A DNA stretch of 50,749 nucleotides from Octopus bimaculoides (lineage: Eukaryota): contig NC_068986.1 of NCBI RefSeq assembly GCF_001194135.2, forward strand, positions 110,282,913-110,333,661. Reading direction: 5' to 3'. Below, piece by piece: positions 26,850 through 40,717 of the stretch. Positions within the stretch are counted from its first letter, which is position 1. Every line of letters starts with the position of its first letter. Position numbers and translations under genes: made by a program. The notes under the pieces were generated by a model. The model saw only the letters and a program-made list of their open reading frames with translations, was not told the DNA's origin and did not search any database.

Positions 26850-27979
26850 CATGTATGGGAAATCGCTACGTGGCCCGAGTAGAGAAGAATTGTGCATTTG
26901 CAGCACGGCGTCTCGATTGGATCCCACTACATTGCCTTTTTACAGTTTTCTAAATCGTCAGGGTCGACCGAAGCCGTATACAAGCCCGCTGGATGGGTCG
27001 TAATCGTAATCCAGGCAGTACAGTCTTGCCACACACATTACCACGCTGATTCCGTCTCGCTGATTCTGAGTTACATGAAGAATGTAGGGTTTTGCGGAAT
27101 GAAACTCTAGGACATTTCATTCACGAACTTCTCGTCGTCATCGCCAATTCTGTGTACCTGCATACATATACGTGTATATATGGGTGAATGTGTGTGTCTG
27201 ATTCTCTGCGTGTGTCTGTGTCTTTTTTTTCTGTGCATATATATCTTATAACAATGAAAAAAACAAACGAAAAACGCCAACACGGCCAAAATCAGACAAG
27301 AATAATAAATAAGGTCTTTAGAACATTTCGCGTACAATGAATCAATAACTAACAGCATATTTACTGTACATGTTCTCTACCAACATTCTGGTTATAAGAA
27401 ACTTGCTTCCAAACCGCATAGTTCGAGGCTCGGCCCCACTGCTTGGCATCTTGGGCAAATGTCTTCTTCTATAACCTCGGCCTGACCAAAACCTTGTGAG
27501 TGGATTTGGTACACGGAAACTGAATGAAGCCCGTCGTATATAAATGTGCGTATATATATATATATATNNNNNNNNNNNNNNNNNNNNNNNNNNNNNNNNN
27601 NNNNNNNNNNNNNNNNNNNNNNNNNNNNNNNNNNNNNNNNNNNNNNNNNNNNNNNNNNNNNNNNNNNNNNNNNNNNNNNNNNNNNNNNNNNNNNNNNNNN
27701 NNNNNNNNNNNNNNNNNNNNNNNNNNNNNNNNNNNNNNNNNNNNNNNNNNNNNNNNNNNNNNNNNNNNNNNNNNNNNNNNNNNNNNNNNNNNNNNNNNNN
27801 NNNNNNNNNNNNNNNNNNNNNNNNNNNNNNNNNNNNNNNNNNNNNNNNNNNNNNNNNNNNNNNNNNNNNNNNNNNNNNNNNNNNNNNNNNNNNNCCCCTA
27901 GGGGTCAGCCACACTTAAGTGGCAATATACTACACTTTATATATATATATATATATATATATACGTGTTTGTATGTATA

Positions 27980-28140
27980 TATATCCATTTTTCTCCTTGT
28001 CTCCGTATTCTTTCGGTTGAAGAGCGTAGCTCGAAACGTCAAAGACTTTCCGTATTCCCGAGCGTCATACTAATATATACTTTTGTTATTTACACCACCT
28101 GTCCTCGTCTGTTGTTATTTTTTGTATATTCTCCCATATA
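27980..28140 (+). mobile_element. PLE-type terminal repeat
   Basis: Homologous to the reverse complement of 47452-47600; ends TTCTCCCATATAT. Confidence 0.65.
28009..28045 (+). ncRNA. Minimal type I hammerhead-like motif, family A
   Basis: TCTTT-CGGTTGA-A-GAGC-GTA-GCTC-GAAAC-GTC-AAAGA. Confidence 0.55.
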
Positions 28141-29276
28141 TATATCCATGTGTTTGCCTTTGTGTCTACATTTGTCCCGCCCGCATCGCTTGAAAACTGA
28201 TGTTGGTGCGTTTACGTCCCCGTAGGTCAGTGATTCGGCAAAAGCGACCGATAGAATAAGTCATAGACTTGTAAAGAATATGTACTGCGGTATATTTCTT
28301 TGACTAAAAAAAACCCCCTTAAGTCGGTGCTCAAGCATGGCTGCAGTCTAATGGCTGAAACAGTTAAAATAAAAGAATATCATAAAATTCTGTATCACTT
28401 GTAATATGGAACATATCTCCAATAAGCAAAAATACTGCGATAGAATCTCGCCGTTGGTGCAAACAGCTTTGAACGTCGCGTCATTATCTATATACTTCAT
28501 CTAGATTAGTGTCGTAATGCATCCTTGGATTAAGTTTACATATATGAAACAAGTAATATGTGTTGTTAATGCATTACACAGAGCTCTCCGAAAGGACACC
28601 AGACCGCAGGACTGGAATACATCTCCAGAGAAGTGGTACAATTCTGCTGCAATACTTGGCCAGAAGGAAAACCAAGCGTATATTATGCCTAGGTACGTTG
28701 CGAGAAAGCCTCGAATTTCCAGAAAACTCCATGTTATTTCCAATAGGCAATGAGTAATCCCTCTCAAGCAAATCTGACCAATCAAAGGATCTTTCCCCTA
28801 CTCTGAGTGGATCACGTGATACTCTTCCAACACTGTTTTGTTTCGAAATAGACATAAACGGATTTCAATACTTAAACCCAGATTTACATATAATTTTTAT
28901 TAAATTATAAATGATTTAAAGTTGCCAGATACGGAATGATTATAGGAATTTCTTAATAAAACTAAGAATTATTTAAATTATAAAGTGTCAATGGGTTTCA
29001 TAAATAGTTGAGTGTTGAGTCTTGTATCATTTGTTGCGAAGAGTTGAGACAACATCCGCTTTCGATCGACTCAATTAAACTTCCATTTGAAAATAATTGA
29101 AGTTGACAACGCTATCAATTTCTCTGCAATTTGTTTGAATGAGGCAGTAAATTCTACTCCATTATTTCTCTGTGCATTGATCGTCTTACAACAGACATCG
29201 ATAATAAAGAGTAATTCGATCTGCTTTTATTGATTTTTTCCCATCAATATAATCGTGTCTTACAACAAGCATATAT

Positions 29277-29450
<174 letters not shown>

Positions 29451-29722
29451 GTGGGCTGGTGGTAGTGGGGTTGTGTTTTTGTTCTTTAGTTGAGTGAGAA
29501 ATTGATGTTTGATAGATTGAGTTACTAATTGTGGAAATTTTGAAAAATTCAAAGCGTTTAAAAAGCAAAGCATGAGCGAAGATTGGAATTAATCTCTGTT
29601 CAAATATGTATGTGCGTAAGCTTGTGCGCCTGTGTGTGAGTATATGAGCGTATACATGTATATATATGCAGTTATAAATGTTGAGACGTTTGTGTATGAA
29701 TATATGTATACACGTCTATATG

Positions 29723-29777
<55 letters not shown>

Positions 29778-31023
29778 GCGCGTGTGTGTGTGTATGTGAA
29801 TATTAATGGTTGAGTGTGTATGTGCGTGCCTATGTGCTTGTGTGCGATGGTGTGCACATCTGAATGTTTTCAGGTTTTACTATGTATATCCAAGTATGTC
29901 TTTGTATGTATGTTTGTCAATACCTATGTCTGAGCTGGCGTGTGAATATTTGCACATATGAATAATTATACATTTATGTATGAATACGTGTGTACGCACG
30001 CACTCATGTGTGTGTATGTGTCAGTGTGTATGTGTAAACGTATGTCTTTGTGTGTGCATGTGTGTGTGCAACTGCGTCTAAAACTGCGTCTAAAACTGCG
30101 TGTACCCGCGAGAACATGTCAACGATACAAAATTATATTAATAATTTTATAATTATTTGGATTGCAGGTTCGCTAGATTGGTGGACAAAATATCTTTTGG
30201 TTTAAATCCCGACACGGGTAATTATACTTTTCGTTCTTCATGGGTCGATAAAACAAAGTAGCAGTGAAATACTGGTGCCAATGACATCGTCAATTTTCTT
30301 TTTAAAATTTTCTGACCACGTATCCAAAATGGAGGCAACTATAATTAATTCAGCGTGCAACTAACATTTTATTATCGGTCGATAGATATTCGAGTGGATA
30401 CACGAATTGTTTTTTTCGCTGAAATTAAAAACAAGACCTTCGGCTTTTGTCTGATTCTTTATTCCGAGAACAACTGACTGACGAGAGATAACATGTCGAA
30501 ACCCCGGTGTCCCACAATATCTTTCACTAATGAATCGAGTGTTTTAGGAACGCATAACTATTCTCCCGAGATGAAGAAAAATTTGTTGGGACCTGTCAGA
30601 ACATATTCAGAAAAATATAAATGTCAACGCGTTTGAAAAATAACGATTTACTAGATATTATCTGGATTGACAGATTCAATGATTGGCATCGAAAATGCCT
30701 TCTGATACATTCTTTTAGTATCTCGGTTCAAATCCCAACAAAAGCAGATTTACTTTCAAATTTTTCTGGTCATTGAAATAAATACAGCTTTAATACTTTC
30801 TCCCTAATTTCTATTTGTTGATTAATATATGAAATTATTGCATGTTATTAGGGAGTTTTATATAAATTTGCAGGCATTTTATAACCCTGAGTATGTTATG
30901 TAGGCATAGTTATGTGTGAACAGCGATGTTGTGATTATGATCTTTGATCGTAAACATGCGGGTTCAACTTCGATCTCATTTATACAATATCAATGTTCTG
31001 CGTTCACTAGAAAATTTGTCCTG

Positions 31024-31064
<41 letters not shown>

Positions 31065-31957
31065 ATGTTTGTATGTCTGTCTGTCTGTCTACATACATAG
31101 ATATGCATGCTCATGCATATATATACACGTTTATGAATGTGTTGTGCAAAATTCCTGATGTGAAACCGACGAGATGGCCATTTTCGTTTTGCTAAACAAA
31201 CACTTGCAGTGTATATTCATTCTTCACTCGTTTATTGTTGTTCTTATTCTAACTCATGTCCATTGTCCGGAAATTTTTCTTCACACATCTGTGACCTCTT
31301 CAGCCACACTTTCCGTCCTCGTGTGTGCTCTTGCTCCACTTAGTCAACTCTGTTCTTCTATGAGTTGTATCCTTATATGCGCATGCATTTATGTTTATAT
31401 TTATGTGTGTGTTTGTTTGTATGCGTATTTACATGTGGATGTGTCTTTGTTCTTAGTGGTACTATGACTCTCCCTTCAGCCCGGTCCCCTTCCCAGTCGC
31501 TCCTCCTACTTACTTGATCCCGACGTTTGGTACCGTCCCTGTCTCTCTCTGTGTTTGTGTGTTCGCCCACATTGCTGCCATCGGGGTACTTGTTGCTGTT
31601 GTTGTTTCTGTTGCAGTTGTTGTTTCTGTTGCTGTTGTTGTTACTGCTGTAGCTGTTGTCGTTGTTGGTTACGTTGTTCATATTGTTGCGACCATTTGTG
31701 AAGTTATTGCATGCATGGTTGTATGTGTATATTGGTTCGCTTCCAATGTGATTTATATCCGTGTGTCTATGCAGTTGTTTTTATCCGTCTCTATTTCATA
31801 TATTTATCATAGGCGTGTCCATATTTGTCTATTGTATGTGTATTACACAGTTTGGATCTGTTTTCTTTTCTCTCTTCTGTCTTTTGTTGCCGTATGCTGT
31901 GGTGTGGTGTGTATTATGGTTCGATTCATATTTTCTGTTGAGGCTCGGTCCGCTTAT

Positions 31958-31994
31958 TGCTATGGAAAGCGGACGTTAAACGATGATGATGAAG
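31958..31994 (+). mobile_element. Probable RTE 3' tip with (GAT)n tail
   Basis: ATGGAAAGCGGACGTTAAACGATGATGATG; assignment from recall only. Confidence 0.45.
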
Positions 31995-32017
31995 ATTCCT
32001 TTTATTTTTATATTTTT

Positions 32018-32240
32018 AATACTTTTAATACTTTTTTATGCGTTTTTAAGTCAGACTGCGGCCATGCTAGAGCACTGACTTTAATCAAAGAAATCGACCC
32101 CAGGACTTATTCTTTGTAAGCCCAGTACTTATTCTATCAGCTACTTTTGCCGAACTGCTAAGTTACGGGGACGTAAACACACCAGCATCGGTTGTCAAGC
32201 GATGTTGGGGGAGAAACACAGACAGACAGACAGACAGACA

Positions 32241-32304
<64 letters not shown>

Positions 32305-32424
32305 CGACGGGCTACTTTCAGTTTCCGTCTCCCAAATCCATTCATAAGGCTTTGGTCGACCCGAAACTATGGTAGAAGACACTTTCTCAAGGTGTCACAC
32401 AGTGGGACTGATCCCGGAGCCATA
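32018..32424 (-). mobile_element. SINE family A, lacking the extreme 5' end
   Basis: Reverse-complement match to 706-1119; internal (CAGA)n(CA)n. Confidence 0.85.
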
Positions 32425-32699
32425 TATATGTATATATATATATTATATATATACTGCAGCCATTGGAGAATCTTGGTTGAATGCATCGAGCTTTGTACTT
32501 ATTTTGTTTAAAGCCTGGTACTCATTCTATCAATATCTTCTGCGGAACCGCTAATTGATGGGGACGGAAATATACCAACATCGTTTGTGAAGCAGTGGGG
32601 TGGGGACAGCAGAGAGATGAAGAAACAGATACTTGGTCAAGAAGCTCGTTGGATCAGTGCGTCTCCATAAATGACTGCCAAGATCCCAAATGCTTACAG

Positions 32700-33200
32700 A
32701 TTTTGCTCATTGCTACTTTGCCCTTTGTTTTTCTTTCGAATCTCCTCGACTATCTCCCACTTTTTCCCATGGTCCTTCTCTTTCCCTACAAGCGGGATGT
32801 ATTGAGGAAAAACTGAATAAACTGTTGCTTAGGTGTGTTTCCCTCTCCTATTTTAGGGGGTTAAGAAATATTTCATTCTTTGGAAGACCCCATCGCGTAC
32901 TCTCTTGGTGGTTTACTACGTTCGTTGGTGTTGTGAAGAGTCGTTCTCTTTGCAGTTAGCTTGTTGTTTCTATTTCTGCCGCTGTGTCTTTTCACTTGTG
33001 TTTTATATTTTTGAATCCACAGATTTAACACCGAGGTTTCTGTCCAAGCGCAACCATCAAACTAAATTGTTTTCCGCTGTCAATACGGTGTGCATGGGGA
33101 TTATTCCGAGATAGCGTCGGGAATAACTTGTTCTTGGAGGTCAATCCAGAACACATCATATATTGACATCTGTAAATGTTGTTGTTCAAATATCTTATGG
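32700..33200 (-). mobile_element. Decayed LINE ORF1-like remnant
   Basis: VALGQKPRC*ICG at about 33017-33055 resembles VVEGRRPRCYVCG at 50645-50683. Confidence 0.4.
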
Positions 33201-33344
33201 ATATTTCTAAAACACTTATTATTATTATAGAGATTATTTTCGTTTTCTCACTTCACATTCGAGTTGTCTCGATTTCCAGATCTTTAATTAACTTCTCTTT
33301 TAATTAACTTTTAATTAACTTTTAATTAACTTCTCTTTTAGAGG

Positions 33345-33680
33345 TAAGTTATCGTAGGTTGTGAGTGATATATTGATTCGAAGGTATTGCTTCTCATGGT
33401 GGACTTCCACAACAACATCTGGTTGTTTAGCCTAGATCCCCTTGTGGGTAGATATCTGAATATCTCACAGTACGTTTACTTTGCTATTCCAGAAGACTTC
33501 TCACGGTGGATTCTTCTGTTATCCGTTTTGGCATAACTTCAGGTTTATGTAAGCCAAAAGGTAGCCATGTTCGTTGACGTATTCATTCTTGTTTTAATCT
33601 GCGCAGCCAGAGATAATGTGATTAATTGTTTCTTTCACATCTCTACAGAGTCAACACTTACTGTACGCTCTATGATGTAG
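33345..33680 (-). mobile_element. R4/Dong remnant (zinc finger and RLE start)
   Basis: SKC*LCRDVKETINHIISGC...EY...YINLKLCQ...DIQI...AKQPDVVV. Confidence 0.8.
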
Positions 33681-33768
33681 TAGTTAGTAATAGTAGTAGT
33701 AGTAGTAGTAGTAGTCGTTTTGTTGTTGTTGCTGCAGCTGTCATCATCGTAGTCGTCGCCATCAACGG

Positions 33769-33800
<32 letters not shown>

Positions 33801-34859
33801 CCCTCCTCCTCCTCTTCCTCCTCCCCCCTCCTCCTCCTCCTCCTCATCATCATCATTATGAACAGCAATAATTGCTTATTGTAGTTGAGAAGACAATTAT
33901 TGAAGTTATGCTGAGTTAGTAGTTTGCTGGAGAAATGTTTAAAAGGCAAAAAAAAAAAACAGAGTATAAAAAAATATACAAAAGAAAGTGAATGGTAAAA
34001 TACTAATGGCATTACGTCATTAAATCTTCGAATCAGGCAAATCATTCAATCTTTCTTTCAATGTGAACTCTTCGTTATTTAGAATGACATTTTATAAACG
34101 CAATTCACCAGAATGGAAAGAAATGAATGACAATTAGCTTATAGAAACGATTTATTTTCGTTTTAGTAATATAAATATTCATTTAGACACACTTACACAC
34201 ACGCACACACACACACTTATACATCGAAACATATACATAGCAACAGAGAGAGAGAGAGAGAAACTATGTGTGTGTCGGGGGGGGGGGGAGATACAAACAG
34301 ACAGACAGACAGAGAGAAAGATAATTATACAAGCATTTAAGCACAAAGAGGTAAAATGACTAAAGCTTTCGAAGTCGTTTGACAAAAGCTAATCTTGGAG
34401 AGAAACTGCTTTGAAATGTGTTCTTATTGTCTTTTTAAAAAGGAAGAAATAAGTAATGTATTCCTCGATGCATTATGTCTACATTATAGAGAAATAAATC
34501 ACTAATATGTCAATTATTACGATGGTCATGTCTGTAGGTTTTTCGTTAAGTATGTCGAGAAAGAGAATACATCGTCACCCAAGGAAGTAATCGAAGAATG
34601 AGCAAAAACGAAATTTGAACGTCTCATATCTGAACGCGCACGATATCGACCGAACAGGACAGAAATGCGCATGCAAATCCGTGTACAAAACTACAAGTTG
34701 TGTACAACTGGTGTGCTGCTAAATCCTTGAAATGTTTCATGAATTGTATTACGTTTTATCCGAAAGTAAATTGTAATTAATTATACTACTTTTATGAGGC
34801 TGAAGCACGCACGCACATACACACACACATACGCACGCAGTCACATACAAATACGAACA

Positions 34860-34907
<48 letters not shown>

Positions 34908-35499
34908 TATATCTCACTATATATATAATGGACACAAGTTTGCAATGTTTCACCAAAAAGGAAAGCTGTAATCATCACTAAATGTGACCTGGATGTAAGA
35001 AATTCCTACATTGCTCGATATAAGAGCTAAAATGCTCTAATACAGTGGTCATAGCTCATATTTGTAAGCATATATACTGACAGGGGCTGTAATCGTCCAA
35101 AAACACCGTTCGAGAATTCCTCATACTAACAGTTAGTTTCGGCAATTTCCGTTTTCAGTCTTTGATTCATTTAGCGCTTTCAGTTGATGGACTATGATGA
35201 AGCTATATAAAATGAATCCCACTTATCGGGTATCGAAACTAAGCCTCGCAGTAGCTTTTATTTATATTGCAAAACGTATTGTAAAACCTCTCAATAAAAC
35301 ACTTTATATGAATGAACGAGTCCTGGTCGGAATTAAACAAAACCACCACCACCACCACGACGACGACGACCACCACCACCACGACGACGACGACGACGAC
35401 GACCACCACCACCACCACCATCACCACTACCACCACCACCACCACCACCATTATCATGATCTTAATCGTTATCGTTATCATCACCATCAATATTGTTAT

Positions 35500-35590
35500 T
35501 ATTTTTTTCCTACTTTCTTCAAATTTTCTTCCATTTCTCGCCGAGTGTTTTCCGTACACCTAGGGCAGAGAAGCTCATTGTATGCATTCC
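35500..35590 (-). mobile_element. 3' tip homologous to 12321-12400
   Basis: TTCCATTTCTCGCCGAGTGTTTTCC...GGGCAGAGAAG next to a trinucleotide repeat. Confidence 0.55.
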
Positions 35591-38534
35591 CAGTTTGCAC
35601 ACGCAAATTCACAGGTAAAATATGTATTAAAAAAAGTTAATAAATAAACAAATTCGTTGACTGGATGTTGTTTTCACAGCGATAGTGCTCTTCTCAGTAC
35701 ATGAGTCGTTCCAGTTAACACGATTTTGTAGGGATGGTAAGCCTGGTATCATTTATTCCTAGGTATTTATAGGATTGTTACTGCCCAAGTTCCTTTATTA
35801 CCGTTTCGACATCTAATTCGATTGAACTTGACATTACCAGTCTCTCTTTCTTCTTCTTCTTCTTCTTCTTCTTCTTCTTCTTCTTCTTCTTCTTCTTCTT
35901 TACTTTTTTTTTATCATTTCATTACATGTAAACCCCCACCCTTTATGTCACTCATTGTATTGTCCCCCTCATCCTTCACCCTTGTAGCAAATAAATGAAA
36001 TCATTATTATTATTATTATTATTATCGTTGTTATTGTTGCTTCTAATACTAATAATTGTATTGTAGAATTAATAGTAGTAGTAGTGGTGGTGGTGGTCGA
36101 TGCATTCGATAAGAAAAATGAAATGAATGTCAATATATAAGGGTGGAGAGAACTAAATAGATTGTGTGTTTAATTCCTTCTCTCCTTTATGGTAATTCCA
36201 ATCAACACTGAGAGATCAATATTGTCATTTACAATCATATGAGTGGTTGTGGAGTTCGATAAAATACGCAAGTGTCACGTGCTGGGTCAATTAACTGGAC
36301 CCAAAGCGTTCGTTTCGCAACGAAGTAAACCCGGTGCCGAGGAAGGAAAACGTTTTAAATATGACAGGTGAAGAAGATGAAAAGAAATTATTTGTGATGT
36401 GTTCAGTGTTATCCTATTCGGAGGTAACTAATTCCTAAGGTTTTTTCCTCTTCATTTCTTTTCTAAATATTATATCAAATTTCTGTTTAGTTTTTGGAAT
36501 TGACATATGTAAATATTTATCATAAATACTTAACTGAATCTTCGCTATTTATTATTCGTGAAACACCACCCGAATATATTGTTATCATTTTGTTTTTCTT
36601 TCTCGTAACAAAGACGTTCATTTTTGCGCTGAGCAAAAGTATTTTTTGTATGAATTGAAATTTATTTATTCTTGCTTCTGCCTCATTATAAATTCATTCC
36701 TGCCTTTCAGAATTATGTGGCTTGAATTCAAAGACAAAAATCTTCGGAATTATATTTGATTCTGAAAATACAAAATTAACGATATACCCTTGCGGTTTTT
36801 GCAGATAAAACTGTATAAGGCTGCATTTGTTTTAATTTAAGCTTAAAAGGAAGGAAAAACAACAACAACAAAGACACATCCACCAAGTGATTGGCTAATC
36901 TTTAATTTCCTGTTGGCTTTTCTCGCTTGCTTCCTCGCTCATTACTGATTCTTCTATTTGAAAATTGATTTCACAACTTTTACTCTATGACCTTCATTCG
37001 TGTTTGGAAATCATTTTGTTTTAAGTATTTTTTTCTTTCTGTCTTTTTTTAGGTAGAATGAATAACACAAGTTTATGAAAAAAATAACAAAAATATGAAC
37101 AAAAACACAAAGTTGCACTAAAAATAACAAAATTAATCGAAAATAAAAACTATATAAATAAAAAAAACAAGGAACAAACACACGATAAACAAGAGATGGC
37201 AAAGAAGAAAAAGAAGAGTAAGAAGAAGATTTCGTATTGTCTCTCATCGATCATTTTCAGAAGTTAGCCTGACAAACCGATTCAAAGGAAGACATCATCA
37301 CGAAAAGAGAAAAGACAAGAAACAAACACAAAAACCAAAAAAGAAAAGATGAAAATCAACGAAGATTAATATTTTCTCCACCTTATTAAGAATATAAGAC
37401 AAACAAGCTATAAAAAAAAAGGCTAAAACCGCAAGGCAACAACAACAACGATTGTAGCAATAATAACTGCAACGACCACAGCATCAGTAGTAACAACAAC
37501 AATAACAACAACAATAGCAATAATACTTTCAACTAAACAAAACGGAAAACAACAACTGCAGCACCAACGACACCAAAAATAATAACAACTAGATTAAGAA
37601 CAAGTAAAAATCTAAGCGTGGCGTCAATAGAATTCAAAGAATTAATTATTTCAATAAATTTTCTATTTAATTATAATGAAATCTTATAAGATGGAGTTTT
37701 AAACCAAAGAAACAAAAAGAAGTACATTGCAAAAAGTGAAAAACTAATTGCGAAAAAAGAACCCTGAAAAAACAAATCCGAAATAGATTCACACGAGAAA
37801 TAAGCCTGCACGAGATGCTAAGGAGTCTTTTTTTTTTCTTCTTTAGTTAATAATTCATACTTCGCGATACAATGATAATAATTTTGGGAAATAGTCGATC
37901 CTATTCCACTTTCGTTTTCACACATGAATAAATATTTCCATCATGATAGATGACAACGTTGCTGAAATGACGAGTTGACTGTTGAGCGAAAGTTCTCACA
38001 ACTTTCTGTTAGACACACATATCTGGAGGCATATGCAGACACATGAACACATATAGGCATAAAAAGACATGTACACACGCAAAAACACGCATATGTAAAT
38101 GCACAAATACGCATACAAGCACATACACATGCGCACATATAAGTATATACATGTATACATATTAAGATGTCAAAGATATAACATCGTATAATCATGTATG
38201 TGTCGATTAATTGTACGTATGTGTATGTATATGCGCTTTTATACATATATAATAACGTATACTTATTACATAAAATGTAGCGCATACGAATAAATTTATA
38301 TTTCTGCACATATCTATAAATGTAATCATTAAGTACGCGATATATATGTGTGTATATTTGTGCGTGTGTATATAAACACATATGCACACTCCACTTATTA
38401 CACACACACGTATATGAAATAGAAAGAAAAAAAGTTTCACGATTCGAGTTATACACTTTACCAACGAGAACATACAAATAAGAGTGTTTGAGTGTCAATC
38501 TGAGGACAGTGCAATCTAAGGATATGTACTAAGA

Positions 38535-38800
38535 GTGACAAAAATCAAACATACAGTCAACATCATAGGGTTTGGAGTGATCACTAGTGATGGCGATGTT
38601 ATCCCTCCATTCGTCTTCCCACGCGGCCTCAGACTCAACACAAAGGCTTACATCCTATGCCTGGAGGAGGTAGTGCTCCCCTGGGTCAAGATGGTAACCG
38701 CTGGAAGACTCTATGTCTGGCATCATGCCGCACACGGAGGAGAACCTATTCATGGCTGTTAGACAATTTCTGTGACAGCATCACCTCTAGCATCTACAAG
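38535..38800 (+). mobile_element. Tc1/mariner transposase fragment (maT/DD37D-like by recall)
   Basis: KH.VNI..FGVITSDGDVIPPFVFP.GLRLNT.AYI.CLEEVVLPWV...AGR.YVW, then SWL.DNFCD; the catalytic triad itself is not visible. Confidence 0.8.
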
Positions 38801-38989
38801 AGAACGAAACCGTCACAGGCACCGATCTTCTTTCCATGACTAACCTGTAAAAACAAAAGTACTCTACTTACCCAGCTCAAGTAAAACTTATAGGACATCG
38901 ACAAATGTTGGAAAAATCAAATTTCCCCCAAAGAATATCTCAGTGTTTAGTAAGCCTATATGTATGACTCTTATGACTTTTCCGATGGT

Positions 38990-40330
38990 GTGAACCTTCC
39001 AATAGTCCTCCCTTGTCAAAGTGGAAGAGCTTGTGTGCTCCAATGACTCCGAGAGCGATGCCGTCTAGAGTCTTAGACTCCTGGTAGTGCCACCCATAGC
39101 GGGAATGTCGCGGATGAGGTCCCAGACTTAGCACGATCAACCACCAACATCAAGATCCCAACGGCGAGGGAAATAGAGGGGGACAATCTCAAGCCCGCAA
39201 GGATTGACTCCGGCGGAAGCGAGCGACGGTAGGTGGGCAATTGTGACAAAGGCGGAGAGACTCCGGCAGATCGCTGCCACCAGCCTCATCATAACTGCAC
39301 TTCTCAATTCTTGTGCCGCAGTGGAGAAGTTCCTGACCAAGTGCGTGCACGTGGCCGTCGCGCAGCCACTATCAACTCAAACAGATTACTCAGCGACTGG
39401 CTTCGTCTTTCTACTATTTGAGTCTCAAAAAGAAGTCTAATACCGATGGTATCGCAGGCGCAGGAGGCCGGTTTGGAAAGCTGGAAGCCTCTAATCCGTG
39501 ACCAGATGGTCGCTCTCCAATGAATAGCCGTTTTCCATCACTGGGATTCTTAAGCAATGATGCGTCGTGGCACCAACCTGTTTCTCTTTGCACATAGCCA
39601 CCATGTTCAACGAATTACCACTAAACTCGCCTTCCATCAATATGCATTTTCGCTTGGAAGGTGGACTCTCTAATCTCGCACATCTCCGCGCAAAGACGAG
39701 GACCTCCGCTATCTCAATCCGTGAGATGCAGTATGCCGACGACAATGCCACCTTGAGTTGGACCGCTGATGGCTTACAAAGGACGGCCGAACTTTACGAC
39801 GCAGCTTACGAACGCTTCGAGATGCAGGTAAACACACTAAAACCAAGACCCTGATCCAACCTGCACCACGCCAGAACAGCCCATCCACGAACATTAGCAT
39901 CAACAGCGAACACAACCCATTCTCTTACCTTTGGAACACTTCACGTACCTTGGGAACACTTCTCTTACATTGGGATATCCATTTGAAGATCACCACGTGT
40001 GAAAAGGAGGTGGAGAACCGGATCAGGGCGGCCCAATCCACATTCGGCAAATGCATTCAAAGTGTATTCTTCAATTACACGTTGTCCATCTGGACAAAGT
40101 CCATGGTCTTCCGTGCCATTGTCCTGTCAGTTCCTCTCTTCGCTTTTACTGCCGTGACTTCAAGTACCTTGAATACTTCCAGCAATCCAAGTTACGACAG
40201 ATACTCAATTTTCGAAGGGAAGATCACGTTACCAACAACGAGGTTCTTCGCCGCGCCTCACTGCCAAGCATCGAAACCATCATTCTTTGCCATCATCTCC
40301 GCTGGGCAAATTACATCCAGCGTATAGAGC
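38990..40330 (+). mobile_element. RTE-clade LINE: 5' UTR-like leader, large internal deletion, RT C-terminal half
   Basis: PFSI..LKQ.CVVAPT, REMQYADD, EVENRIRAA..TFG, KLRQIL..RREDHVTNNEVLRRASLPSIE, LRW; leader 39020-39140 resembles RTE/Expander 5' UTRs. Confidence 0.85.
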
Positions 40331-40334
40331 CTTC

Positions 40335-40540
40335 TCTGTGTCTGTGTTTGTTCTCCCATCATCGCACGACAACCTATGTTGGTGCGTTTACGCCCCTGTA
40401 ACGTAGCAGTTCAGCAAAAGAGTCGGACAGAATAAGTACTAGGCTTACAAAGAAGAAATTCTGGAGTCGATTTGTTCAAGTAAAGGCGGTGCTCCAGCAT
40501 GGTCGCAATAGAACAACTGAAACAAAAAAAAAATAAATAA
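40335..40540 (+). mobile_element. SINE A solo 3' module
   Basis: Homologous to 900-1119; begins at the microsatellite border. Confidence 0.8.
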
Positions 40541-40682
40541 CGAATATATATATATAGGAGATAGAGATAGATAGAGAGAGAAAGAGAGAGGAAAAGAGAG
40601 AGAGAGAGAGCTTTACATGGAACATACACTAAAGTACGCCCACACGCATACTCATATACGCACACACATAAATGTAAGCATG

Positions 40683-40717
<35 letters not shown>

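Larger units (their letters stand above)
27385..28380 (+). mobile_element. SINE family A split by an expanded microsatellite, a gap and a PLE terminus
   Basis: 5' module at 27385-27545, 3' module at 28145-28380; continuity across the gap is assumed. Confidence 0.65.

Noticed and set aside
37900-38010. Minus-strand SNVVIYHDGNIY resembling a Cys-loop receptor strand
   Set aside because: No upstream PD..LYN and no downstream Cys-loop; the frame stops soon after
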